Shown one piece after another: positions 25,370 to 38,399 of a stretch of DNA of 64,000 nucleotides (positions are counted from its first letter, which is position 1; each line of letters starts with the position of its first letter). Source of the stretch: Camelus dromedarius. Its lineage: Eukaryota. Under the pieces are notes generated by a model. It worked only from the letters and a program-made list of their open reading frames with translations. It made no database searches and was not told the DNA's origin. The stretch covers positions 88,786,001 to 88,850,000 of the forward strand of contig NC_087436.1 of the NCBI RefSeq assembly GCF_036321535.1. Reading direction: 5' to 3'. A program made the translations under genes and the position numbers.

Positions 25370-27789
25370 TTCCAGGTCAGTTCCTATTTGCTTCAGAGTG
25401 TTGGATTAGACATTAGAAAACCTGGATTCAAGTCCTGCCTCTACATTCCCATTAGCTCTGTGACATTGGCCAAGCTGAGTTTCCTCATCTTTATGATGAG
25501 GAGGCAGGACTGTCGGTTTGCCAGTCTCTTCCAACTTTAAAATTCCAGAAACCTAATTAATTCTGTTTTACCTAAAATAATTTAAAGTTGATTTTTTTTC
25601 CCCTTACAGATTGAATTTTGGGTTTGTCATAATCCCTTTGGAGCATATTAGACACACATCCAACTTTCCACACATGGGCCGTGACTTAAGAGATAACAAT
25701 ACAGCTTGCCTGTGTGAGTTCTCTGTGTGCCAAGGTTGGAGGCAGGCACTTTACCTTATCTCTTTTAACCTTCAAAATACCTCTGCACAGGGGCTGTGAG
25801 TGTTCACACCACTGATAAGAGGCAGGGCTGGGACTCTAACTCAGTCCTTTCTAACAGTAAAGCTCTGTGCCCTTTCCACGGAGACAGAGCAACACTATCT
25901 TTTCCTATGCCACCTCTATTTTAATACAGTCGTTTGAATATATGGTAGCACCTCACTTATTCAGTGATTGCCACCCAAATTATTCAGAACACAACCAGTG
26001 ATTAAAAAGTAAAAATACAAAAAAGATTAACAACCAAGTAGGTGTTCACTCAGCCATTAAAAATATTTCCCAAGGTCCTCATTCAGAGCCTGTTCACATT
26101 TGCTTTGAAATCACTCTGAAAACTTGCCTTTTTTGTTGTTGTTGTTTCCCTGATCTATAACTAATGGTAAACAAGTTGGAAATGGAGGTGGATAGAAGTA
26201 CTGTTGCAGGTGTCTCTAGACCAGTGGAGGTGGGGACCACTGGGACAGCATGGAACAGAGAAGAGTGATGCATTCCAAATGGCGCAGGCAGCAGTCATAG
26301 GAAGCTCAGCATAGGGACAAATTCACCCAGGAACCTCCCTGTAGCACTGGGAAATTTTTGCTGCCATCATAAAGACCCGGGGGCAGCATAGTAATGTGAA
26401 CAGTTAGCACTCTCAATTTAAGGGGGAGAACAAATGGTCTGTTTCACAGAACTTTAATAAAATTATGAAAATTGTTAGGAATCTTGAACAGATATACCTT
26501 GGTGGTTTGAATTTTTCTCTATGTGGAATATTTCCATTCTTAAAAATGCTGAACAAATGACAAACTGCCCAGTCCACATTATTTAAGAAATCTTTCTCCA
26601 GATTTTTCATCTATTTCATCCCTCTTTTCTGGTTTTGGTTATTGTCTTATACATTGTTCACGCTCTGAAAACAGCACTCTAGAGATAAGTGAGTAATTAA
26701 AAGTCTGATGTCTCAGTTCCATCTATTACCAGATTTTCTCCATACCTAATTAAGTCTCAAGATTTTCCATTATCTCTTTTTATTCTCTAGCTTTCAAGAA
26801 GGTTTTATTGTTTTTCTTTTTGTCTTTTTATTTTTTTAAAGTAGAAGCCCATTTTCTTCTTAAGCTTTAAAAAACACTTACCGTGGATTCATTGTGTATT
26901 CTTGATATAAAATTAATCTTGCAGAAGGGAATCTTATTTCTTCTATTGCAGACTCCTGCAGCGTTGAGAGGGGTGGACGTGGTGGCTTTTATGTTGCTCT
27001 CCTGGACTCACTTCTTGGCTTCTTCTTTCTGATGCACAGACACATCCTTCTATGTTGATTTTCCAAACCATCACTTCTAATGGTCTGCTTTGGGGAATAT
27101 TTTAACAGCTCACACACTTTTAGGTAATATTTTAAGCAGTTTATTTCTGGAAGAACATACTAGAACTACTTGTGGAAGCTAAGAGAGTTAGGAACATTGA
27201 ACTAATTTTTAGCCCTCCTACCTCTCTGTGTGGGGGTCAGAGGAGAGAGGGCTGTTACCCACTGATACCACCAGCCTGAGGCAGTACACGTCCTTCAGGT
27301 AATTTCCTCTTTGTTTGGCTGCCTATATTATGATGGCAATTTAATAATATCAGTGATAATAAAGAAATGAAATTTATCACTCACTCACTTGATGTCAGCT
27401 ACTGTGCCTAATGGTTCATATGTATTATGCCAATTAATCTTCACTACAGTTCTGTAAAGGTAGGTGCAGAGTTACAGGCATCCTTCAGCCAATGACTGGG
27501 CTGTATTTCAAAGGTGTATCTGCAAATTAGTTATTTCAAACATGAAAGATATTTTCTCACAGAAGCCACGTTGTGAGTACATCTGTAGGCTGGGCTGGGT
27601 TACCAAAGTCTGACTCACAGCCGACGTGTGTAAATCACTGTCTCTGTCCAGAGGTACATCCAGAGTCCTCATGGGAATATGATGTGCCCACCTTCTTCCT
27701 GGGGTCCTAACTTTCATTCCATTTTATTCTTAGATCTTCTTTATGGACAGATGGACGATGGGAATGAAACCTCTTCCAATTCAAACCAT

Positions 27790-28260
27790 TCATGCTAGTT
27801 AGAGAATAATGAATCAGCTGTAACAGAAGAGACCTTGAAATACAGTGGCTTAAATAAAATAACATTTAATTCCTCTGTTAAGCAATAGATCCAAGATGAA
27901 TTTCCCAGTTTGCCAAGTCAGTCTTTCCCTATGAAGTCATCTAAAGACGTGGATTCCATCCATTTTTTTGCATCATCAACTTCTAGATCGTATGGTCCTT
28001 ATCTAAGCGATTGAAGCTGGCTGAGCCCTGTGTCTGTGCTCCAGCTTGTGGGAGGGCAAAGAGCGGAAGTACATGGCAGCAAGTCCCTTGTAAAGCAGGC
28101 AAAGTGGAAGAAGAATCTGCTTATATTCTGTTGTGGAGAACTTAGTAATGTGGGGCTGGGAAATGTCGTCTTCAGCTCTGCAATCTTGGGTACACCTTAA
28201 GCTCCATTACTGTGAAAGAGATGGAGAGTGCATTAGAATGGACAGCCAGCTATGGCATCT
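27790..28260 (-). mobile_element. Old MaLR LTR (MLT1J/K-like)
   Basis: gctgtaacagaagagaccttgaaatacagtggcttaaataaaata...agaacttagt...gggctgggaaatgtcgtcttcag. Confidence 0.6.
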
Positions 28261-28434
28261 GCTGTGTTGCCGTGGTGAGTCCCATGTCTAAACATTGACT
28301 CTAACAGGATGGAATTTGGTGAATGTGGCAGAAAAGATGTGGGTGGAGGAGCAGGGGGATGCTGGGACCCCTGCTGTTGTAACTTCTCACAAGGACTCGT
28401 CACAGGTTCTCATTTCCGTCTCACCCTCCCTGCC

Positions 28435-29987
28435 TTTCTGATGGGCTGGCAGTCTGAGCAGAGGCACAGGATCTTGTGCTTAGAAGGGTTCCAGGCTTGG
28501 CTTAATACTCTGCTTTCATTGTCTTGAAATTCTTAATGGCTTTATCTTTATACTTGTATAAGTGAGGTTTGATGGGACAATGGAGCATGTGTGCGAGTGG
28601 CAGAGATGTGCTAGGTGGTAGCATGTGCACACTCGTGCACGTGCCAAATGGTGTGATGGTTGCATGGTGTGGGTGATGAGCAATTGGCCTGGTGGCCTGA
28701 AGCATGTGCCTGAGGACACCGTCGGGCCCCAGGTGGCCTGGTCAGAACCTGGGCCCAGATCGGTAGCCATGATGGTGCCACAGCAGCAGAAGCAGCAGCA
28801 GAAGTAGGTTTTGAGGGTGGCAGTGGTGGGTGTGGCCCCGGGGAAGAGGAGAGCTCCACATGAGGACCTGTGGGAGGCCAGCTTGGTCAGTGGTCCCTGG
28901 AGCCTGTCCCTGTGGCATCTGCACAAGTATTAACTCTCCAGTCTGAACCTTGAGACAGGACCTACTGGTGTTCAGGCAGCAGACTTTGTTAGTAAATTAT
29001 TATGCAATAAAAGCAAATGCCTGAACATTGCCATAAAGCATTTATCAGGGAGTTATTAGGATTCTTCCTGGGTTTTAGAATCCTTGGCTTTGAATGTTGC
29101 AACACTGCCGAATGAATATCCACAGGCTTAGAAACAGAAATTACAGTTAACCATAGTCAATGGGGAAAAAAGTGCTGTTTTAAAGTGAACTTTGGGTGAA
29201 CCATTTATTAATAAGGAAGATAATATAAAATGAAAATTTTCCTTAAAATTGACAATACATCTATAGAACGTGAAAACAGGCATTTTGAATTGTAAACAAA
29301 TTTGGGGGGCACTTCTGATTTCTTGTATCATCTCCATGATTTACGGGAAATCTCAGAAGAAGCATTAAAATGCTAGTGTATAAATTTACGTTTAAAATGA
29401 AATTCAGGATTACGGAAACTCATTCATGTGAAGAGTTAAATCTTATTAAAATTGCTCCATGGGAATCATTAGCTCTAGATATATACTAAAATTTGTATTT
29501 CAAAATACTTAATCAGAAATCTCTCCCAATGTTGTCATGGCCTATAAAATAACTCTTAACAGCAACAAGAAAAGTTGCATCAGAAAAAAAGATCCTTGTC
29601 AAAATTAGAAATTAACAAAAATTGTTTGCAATCTTGCTTTTGGGGTAAGCTGCTGATACCAACTTCCATTATATAGATTGAAAATAACCTTGGTAAAAGT
29701 ATACATTCTGGCGAATTAACAAATGAATTTGCAGAAAATTGAGCTAGAAAAATCACATTAATATTGTATTGTTATTTCTTGAATTATGACACAAAATATT
29801 TTTTGTGCAATTTATGTTTATGTTGTTCCTCATATATCACTATGACTGTTACGTTTTCTAAGTGATTAAACATTTTTTTCCTTTAAAATATTTTTATTTA
29901 AGTATTTTAAAGCACTTTTTTATTTCCTACGAGGGGTCCCACATCACCATTTCCCACTGAGCCCTACAAATTGTGTAGCTGGTCCTG
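28435..29987 (+). mobile_element. Internally deleted hAT-Tip100 DNA transposon (Zaphod/MER91-related) with transposase remnant
   Basis: Left end cttagaaggg...gcttggcttaatactctgc...tcttgaaattcttaat and right end ggggtcccacat...tgagccctacaaattgtgtagctggtcctg resemble MER91/Zaphod termini. 29525-29760 encodes a frameshifted hAT dimerisation domain (PNVVMAYKI/LLTA..VASEK/RSLSKLEINKNCLQS...IEN...EFAEN*ARK). Confidence 0.8.
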
Positions 29988-30645
29988 GCTGGGGCACCAG
30001 TCTATTGGCTCAGCGTGGTGCAGCCACCTCTTGGCTGCTTTTTCTATGCCTGCCACGGAAGAGCATGAAGTCCCATAGCTGCTTTCTGGCCCTCACACTT
30101 GCAGCTCTTTGGAGGATTTTAAAAAGGCTTTTGGTTACTAATGATGAAGGAGAAAGACCGGGAAGTCAAGGTCAAGCTTCTCAGGCATCTGTCCTCTTCT
30201 GTTCCTTTGCTCGGCTGTTGCCTCCTGGGAAAGCCTGAAGCACATGTATCTGATGGCTACAGAAGCGCTGATGGCTCTAGGTTGCAAGAGACCTGATATC
30301 AGGTTCATTTACATTTTAGAGTACCATTCCTGAGTCTTTTGAACGCTCTTATTACAGGAGTAGAATGAAACTGCAGTTTTCCCCTAGAGATCTTACACAG
30401 CCAGGATCTTACACCTGCCACCTGGGGCTCCTCCTGCCATAGAATTGACTGAATCTGCCTGGAACCAAGAACCGTGACTAGAGGGAGATCCCAGATCACA
30501 GCATCTCTGACCCAGGGAACAGGAAGAGGGAAGAGGAGGGCAGTCAGCAGGTGGGAGAAAGGGCACACCTCTTTGAGCCAGTCATTTGCAGGTGGCTGGT
30601 TGTATGTAAGAGGCAAACAAAAAATTAGTAAGGTATCAAGGCATC

Positions 30646-31156
30646 TGTGGCAGGCAGAATAATGGCCCCCAAAGATGTCCACATCCTAATCCATGGAACT
30701 TGTGAATGTATTGGGTTGCATGGCAGTAGGGAATTAAAGCTGAAGGTGGAAGTAAGGGTGCTACTCATCTGACCTTAAAATAGATTCTCCTGGATTTTCT
30801 GGGTGGCCCCAATATAATCACAAGAGTCTTTAACAATGGAAGAGGGAGATAGGAGAGTCAGAGAGAGATGTGACTCAGATGCAGGATTAGAGAGATGCTG
30901 TGTTGTTGGCTTTTGACATGGAGGAAGGAGGCCACAAGCCAAGGAAGGGGGGCCTGCCCCTAGAAGCTGGAAGAGGCAAAGAAACAGATTCTCCCTCAGA
31001 GCCTCCCGAAGGGAACACACACTTGCCAGCATCTTGATTTTAGCCCAGGGGGAACCACGTCAGACTTCTGACCTACAAACTTGTGAGAGAATAAATTTCT
31101 GTTTTAAGCCACCCAGTCGGTGATCATTTTTTACAACAGCATTAGGAAATGAATGG
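30646..31156 (+). mobile_element. MaLR LTR (MLT1D-like)
   Basis: tgtggcaggcagaataatggcccccaaagatgtccacatcctaatcc...gctggaagaggcaaagaaacagattctccc...ataaatttctgttttaagccacc. Confidence 0.88.
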
Positions 31157-31169
31157 AGTGTTTATACTT

Positions 31170-31380
31170 AACTCATGAGTTCTGGAATCAAACTGCTTGG
31201 GTTTTCGTAAGTAGCTCTGCTACTTATTAGCTGTGGAAGGAGGGAAGTTCTCAACATTTCCAAGCCTTGGTTTCATCCTCTGATAAATGAGGTTATTACC
31301 GTATAGCTGTGTTCTTAGGAAAAATGAAGGTCAAGCCTTTAAGACATGGTCTGATAAGTAGAAAGCGGTGGATAAGTATT
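31170..31380 (+). mobile_element. MIR SINE
   Basis: tctggaatcaaactgcttgggttt...ctctgctacttattagctgtg...gccttggtttcatcctctgataaatgagg. Confidence 0.65.
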
Positions 31381-32528
31381 AGCTTGACCAGTCACAGATG
31401 TCTGACCCTGGGTGGAATTTCTAGCAAGAGAGGACTTCCCCCTCTCTGATTTCCATGTAGTTCAGTGTACCCCCTTCTGTGGCCCCTGCTGCTCCCATGT
31501 TGACCCTTGGTCCTCCGAGGTCTTTACCCAGGTGTGTCCTTGCTGGGGCCCCACTCTTTAGATTCCACCTTTTCCTAATTTTTTTACACTAATTTTCAAT
31601 ATATATTTTTAAAAGATAAAAAAGATATATACATATATAAAGTACTGTCTTTGGAGGTATTAATCACTGATAATGACTTGTGTCAGTCTCTGTAAAGCCT
31701 TATGATTTCTGCCCTGACCAACACCCGCCTTCCACAGATGGCCTCCAGAATTTTTGACTGGTTGAGAAAATGAGGAGTCTCCAGGAACTGCCTTTTAATT
31801 GAGGGCTTTTGGCTTAAGTTAAACGAGTAAAATCCAAACTGAGGAATATCAGCTGGGAAGTATTTTAGGCAGGGGGATCTCCCAGGGGCCTTTCAAATCA
31901 AGCCAAATTTTACATAGGAGTTGGCCTCCTTTTCTGTCTACTTGTAAACGGCCCTGGAATGGCTTGTCAAAATTTTCTAAGAAAGATAGTTGCGGAGAAA
32001 AATGGGCAGTTTTCTTCAGGGTTCTTAGAGCAGAGAAGTTTGGAGCTTATGATACTGACATTTCAGAAGAACTTTTCTACAGCTGTGAAGAGCTTCATTT
32101 CAACGTGAGACCTTCTAACAGGCATTTGTAATGAGATTATCTGGTACTGAGATCACCTGCTGAAAAATTCATTTCCGTTCCACAAAAATCACATTAGGTA
32201 CAAATTACCATTCTAAGGGTGTAGGTAAAGCCACTTGAAATAAAACTGGCTGAGTAAAAACCAGGTTTCTGAAATTATTGGTTGTTAGGAAAATGGAAAA
32301 ATGTCAATTCTGAAGTGACTGCCCCAAGTACTTTGAGTGCTCCATAAAGCATCGGTTTATGAGAATTCATATTTTTGTGTCTGTATTTGAAATGCAAAAT
32401 GATTTTTTCATGTGATTTTATTTTAACATAATTGGTGAAAACACATAAATGCAGTTGTTTTCAAACACTATCACACCGGGGTGCTTTCCACAGCTAGCGG
32501 GTGGGCTCCGGGCTTTGCTTCATGACGT

Positions 32529-32548
32529 GGTCTCCCTCTGGTGGTCAC
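32529..32548 (-). promoter_or_regulatory. Candidate CTCF site
   Basis: Reverse complement GTGACCACCAGAGGGAGACC matches the CTCF core CCASYAGRKGGCR with one mismatch, in a locally CpG-retaining, non-repeat stretch. Confidence 0.5.
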
Positions 32549-35500
32549 GTTAATAAAGGTACTGGCAAATTTCTTCGCTTTGGAAGTTTCACCGAAACTG
32601 AAATATGGAAAGCATCTCAAGGGGTCTTTTATCCTAGTCTATTAAATACAGATTAGGCTGTGTATTTCCTATTTTGACCATTTCAGCCCTCTGAGAAGTT
32701 TTCTTATTTTAACAAAAGTCAGTCAGTCAGTCAGTCTGTGCAGCCCGCCCCTTACGGCCATGTCAATACCAGTTTTTGACTGTTAGGAAATCTGACCTGA
32801 TTCCCCATCTCTGTGGCCTATTTTTGGCCTATCTTGGCTGGAATATATGTCTTAATTTTGGCCACAGTGTTTTCCATCTGCTCTAGAAAGGCTTTGGGTT
32901 GGGTGCAGAATTTGTTTAGCCCACACTGTATGTCCCTCAGTCTTCTAGTCCTACATCTGCAGCAGGGAACAAAACAGACAAAAAACCCTGCCCTCCTGGA
33001 GTTTCTGTTCTATGACACATACAGCTGTGGTTTATAAAGACATAAACCCTAAAGACTGGTACTGTTGACCTCACATGTATGTAAAGCTTTTATGTAGCTA
33101 GAGAGACTATGAATTTAAATTTAAACAAATAAATGATGGCCTAGGGAGAAAAATAATTGTAACCAAAGGAGCTCCAACAAATTAGGAAGGCAGAAAATCA
33201 GTAGGAAAATGTGCAAAAGATATGAGTAGGCATCAATTGGGAAGGTCTTTTTATTTCTCTGTAGTTAATACTTGGCAGAAGTGCGATTCATGATTTCAAA
33301 ATTACCCAGTACAGACACAAGCAAAGGATGCCCTTTAGAAGAGAGAAATGTCCCCGCTGGAATTCCCTGTGCATCTCCACAAGCTCTCTGGTGGCGAGGG
33401 GCTCAAGCTGAGTTCTTTCCTGTGGCACCGCACGGGGTCTATGGGCTGCATGTGGCTGCCATCTTGTGCTCCTGCTCGGAAATTGCATGTTCCTGATCCT
33501 TTTGGCAAGTGGGAGAAAAATGGACCTTTTCCCCAGGTTACTCAGTCCTCCAGCCCACTCATTCACCATTGGCCAGCCCTCGTGCTGTAAAGACTCCCAG
33601 GATTAACTTAAGCACAGACGGTTGATCGGTAGAGTATTTTCAGATGAGAATATGTCATTGCTCAAATTGTAGTATTGAGAGATAGGCACTTAGGTTTTGA
33701 CTTTCCATTGTCTGCAGCAATGCCTTCCCTCCTTTCAGGGATCAAGTAGACCTTTCCCTACCGACTCAGGGCTGCCCTTGATGCCAGATTATTTGCCATT
33801 CGTTTCTAGTTCCCGTGTGTCTTTCCTGAAGCGTCCCCCTCTCTTCACCTCTCTCCTCTTCCTCTTCCGGCTCATTCTGCACCCCACACCCACCCCACCC
33901 CCATTGGATCATTGTATCTTGTATCCAGGGGACATTATTCCTGTTTACCAGTACAAAGGAATCTGTGAACCCTGTGAAGATTCTGGAAAAAATTGTAAGT
34001 CCTTTCCCCTCCCTCTGAGCCTTTGGGTGCTGTGTCCCCAGTCTTCTAGTTTGAATAAGTTGGCAGCCATGACTCTGGAATGCAAGTTAATTAAATCGTG
34101 CTTCTATTTAGTTTTAGGGAAGTTTTGTTTTTCCATGTCAGGTTTCGCCTGTGTGCCTTTGTTATATCTAATACTGGTAACCAGGGATACCAGGAGAGAT
34201 TTTATGTAGCTGTGCTGTGACGGGCACACAGGGTAGAAAAGTGGAGGGAGCATGGGAGAGAGAATTCAGGGTCTTCTGGGTTCCACCAGCCTGTAAATCA
34301 TTTAACAGAACACAAACGATTTAACAGTTAAAGTCAGCTTTCCTGGAGCAATTGACTTCCTTTTTTGTCTAGGAGCCAAAGAAAAGTTAGGAATTCTATC
34401 CCTGTGTTGGTCGCTTCAGACAATGTTCTTTTCCAGTTATCTTGATTGTTACAAAGAATCTAGTCACCCTCAGCCTCTGGTGCTACAAGGTTAGAGTGCA
34501 GGATGCTCTAGTTATTTGCAGGTTAACCTTTTGAGCACAAGGCATTTTTCAACACTCTGTGATGGCTATTTTTCAGAAGTGAATCACACACTTCTCAGTC
34601 TTTGCCAGCAGAACACGGTGGGCTTGACTCAATTCAGTGCCAGGTGCTTCACCTCCGTTACTGATTAATGCATACGCAAAGACAATTATAAAGCAGGTGG
34701 AATTCAGATAAGGAAACTGAAGCCCCACAAGGTTACATAACTTCCTCAGAGCAGCACAGATCATTTAAATCCAAATCTCTACTTTTTCCACAAACTGACT
34801 TTGATTTTGGTGTCTCAGGGTCATTATTGTGAATAATTATTTCTCTTGTCTGGAGATCCAGTCAATATCAGTATGGATATTAGAATGAACTGATTTTCCC
34901 ACCATTAACCTCTGTTCTTTTCATAACAGCGCTTAGAATTGAAGTTACCTGAGTATTTTGGGGGTGGTTTAAGCTTGAAGAATCAGGTCACCAGGAGTAT
35001 CTAGGTTTTCCCAACTCTGCCTTGACCCAGCCAGTGGAATTTGTGCTGTCCCCGTGGTCTCCTGTGTGGGGGCAAGCAAATGAGGTTTGTTGTGATCAGT
35101 TAAGAGGATGGCGAATCAGTGTCTCTGGCAGAGCTCTAAACTAGGGCTTCAGAATCTTGGCATCCGGCTACTGGCGATCTGATCTGGAAGGTGAGATCCT
35201 GCAGTATCCTAAAGATCAATGAATTTTTAAGGAAGATAATGTTTTGGCATACTCTGTTACGGTAATTAACAATAGGGAGTAGGTGGGCAAGTGATACAGT
35301 ACAGCCTTCAAGTGATTGGAAGCGTATTTTTAGACATTAGGGTAGAATTGTAATCTGTTCTTGAAAGATATTTTTTCAAAGATCTTTTCATAGTGAATAC
35401 TAGATTTATAAGTTTATTCTACTTCTGAGTCTTAGGCTACACAATATTGCAAAGTCACAGACAACTTTTTCTAGCTCCTAGATTGTCAATACACAAAATG

Positions 35501-38399
35501 GATGAAAATAAAAGAAACTGGGATGAAAAGTAAAAGATGAAATTCACAAACTATGAACTTGTAAAGTGATATCAGTCCAATTTGTATGCCCAACAAACAA
35601 GAAAAATATCATGGGATGGCTCTTCAAACTGATTATTTTTCTTTGTTCATCTTACTTCTAAGTCTTTCCATAGATGTTGTGGCTGAGTTACACATTTAAT
35701 AAAGGTCTGAAAAAATGTTAATATTTGTAACTTCTTAGATACTGCCCTATGCATGCAAGAGACTTATTTTTTCTTTCCAAATCATATATATCTACTTTAT
35801 TTCTTAGGTTTATATGTATACATTAACTGTTTTATAGAAAACATCCAAGACTCGTTTGAAATTTGTCAAAGGTAGTGTGTCTAATGTACCGTCATTATGA
35901 TTTCATGATTCATAGTGAATAATCACAAAATTTCATTTGAGACAACCTTATGTTTAGAGGAAATCTCAAAAATATTTTAAACTACCAGTAAATAAGAATT
36001 ACTTGTTTAGAAAGTAAAGTTTTTATTTCCTAAAGCAAATTCAAAAAGTAGCACTCCCCTCAGAAACCTAAATGTTTGAGTAATTATCTTGGAATTTGGA
36101 AATCTCTGCTAGCTGATAATAACCCCTGTCAAGAGGGTCAACTATAAACATGTAGTTTCTAAATTGCCCATGTTCTTTAGAAACGTGAAGTTATGTTATT
36201 GCACTTGTTTGCAGGAAATGATAAATGACAGAGTCCTGGCATACATCTTATTTTCCAATGATTTTTGACAAAACTGCTTCAGAATCCTATTTAAGACTTT
36301 TAGACACTAAAACTTGAGGGAGTAAACTAGTATATTCTTTTAATCAGACAATCCCTGTTTGGAAGTTGTTCTTTCTCATTTTCTCTCTTTAATCCCTGCT
36401 ACCCGCCGCCGTCCTGTTGAATGAATACAGAGCCCTCCCTTAGACTTCTGCTCGGCAGTCTGTTTCTGGCGTCTCTGATCATAAAGCTTGACTTCCTGCT
36501 TTTCACCCTGCACTTTCTTTACTCTCTCCCCTGTCTAATTAGATTTAAAATCTACTGAGCAGGGTTTTGTCTAACTCTATTTTATTTGTGACTTCACTTG
36601 AGATGTTGAACGATGACATGGAACTGCTTTCTGAACTCTATTTCCACTCTCCCTCCTTTCTGAGTACCACCAGGTGCACCTCTATTCTTGTTTCCTGCTA
36701 ATGATTTTTAGATAATTTGACAATGGCTGATTTTTCTATAGCATGATAGATCTTCCATGATGCTGTTGAATAGGCAATAAGTCTACTTAGCTCTAATTTT
36801 CAGAAATTTAAGCTGGACCGGTTGGCAAGGTTTCCACTGAATGAAAGCATAGCTTTATTTCAGAAGGGAAAAAAAATGAGTCCAGGAGTAATTTAGTCTT
36901 GAGGACATTTAATTGGGGGGAGTTGTTTTGGACTTGTTTTGAACATCAGTTTGACAGAGATGGTTTCTCACTCATTAAAACATGTTCTGTAATAGGAACA
37001 GAGGGTCTTGGAACTAAAGAGTTGCACTGTATTGAGGGGACTGGTTTTACCTTGCCTTTGCAGCAAGATGGTCACCACAGATAGTAAAAGAAGAAGTCAC
37101 GGTGGCACTTGTGTTTTTAGAATGTCTAGGTCAAGAGCTCTTTAAGTGCATTTATTCAACAGATACTACTGACTGCCTACCATGTACTACCTTGGAACAA
37201 AGATGTATAAGTTGAGAGGTGCTAATAGGGTCCTTTGCTCTCCTGGCAAAGAAGGAAAAATCTGTGTACTGAAGCAATTTACTAAGAAAACATAAAGGAT
37301 GTGCATTATCGTCTGCATTCTCAGGAAAGGGAGAGAAGGATTGAGCAGAGACTGTGTGATCACCCAGAGTGGGGCAGCGTGGGGGAAGTGTTTGGAGGGG
37401 TAGAGGTGGAAACAGAGGGTGTAGGAGACGTCCCCCAAGGCTCAGAAGGGGACTGACTAGGTGTTGGCATGTCCTTCCTGTAGCAAGGACTGGTGAGCCC
37501 TTATTTGCTTGGGGGAAAAGGCAGGGCCTCAGAGAGGAATGGCCGCGTGGGGCAGGCAGGAAAGTTGATGTTGGGGACCAGGGCCCTGGCATGACCCTGC
37601 TGTGGCACAGGCATAATGGAACGTTCTGTCTACCATAAACCCTTAGGGCTTAGAACCATGAGCCCCTCAGCCATTCTCTGAAGAACTGAAAGCTAAGCCC
37701 CTCCCTCAGTTCTTCCCTTGGACCCTGGTACCACTCGAAGGAGGGAGAGCTCTCCCACCCCCCAAAATGGCTGAGACTTTTCACCTTTTTGAGCGGAGAA
37801 GCGTGAATTAATATGATTTAGAAAAATAACGTGATGTGGCATTTCTTACCCTGCAGTGTGACGGAGTTAGACCCACACCCACTGCACCTCCATGCGGGGC
37901 TGTTATGACCTCATTGTGGCTGCAGGTCTCACTTCTTTCACCTATTTCTCACGTTTTAGGTCTTTGATGACCCCCCTCCCCGCCGGCTTCTTAGGTAGCT
38001 CTGATGGCCTTGAGCACCAGTGCTATTACAAGTGACTAGAGTGAGTGCCCATGTTTAATAGATGTCTAGTAGATGATGATGGAGAGGACGAAGAGATTGA
38101 GAAGGATTTCTCACCTTAGAAGATAGATACTTCTTCTGAGGAAGGCACATTTTAGTGATGGAATTAGAGGGACAGGCAGATATGATGGCTTCATTTTTAG
38201 ATTATGTATAAATCTATTCCTGGTGTTAGTGATCCTCTATCCCCAAGTTCCTGTATCTTCAAGAGTGGACATCGTTTTTTGGCCCTGAGACAACCTGTAG
38301 GCAGAACTTAATAACACTGTGTGCTCCCCCCAGAGAAAGCACCAAAGTGCTAAAAAGCACATTTTTTTTGTTACCCCACTGCCCTTGTAACCTACTACC

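Noticed and set aside
28502..28926. Cluster of GC-rich ORFs with poly-Cys/Gln/Ala as a possible processed pseudogene
   Set aside because: No poly-A or TSD; better explained as the interior of the hAT element, with a short CAG run causing the homopolymers.
15735..33545. Recursive-splice-like YAG|GT sites (about 15752, 24735, 27298, 33536)
   Set aside because: Donor halves or pyrimidine tracts are weak and the count is compatible with chance; this needs nascent RNA-seq saw-tooth evidence.
33697..34209. 170-aa plus-strand ORF
   Set aside because: Non-ATG start, low-complexity pyrimidine-rich composition, no domain; corin is already continuous without it.
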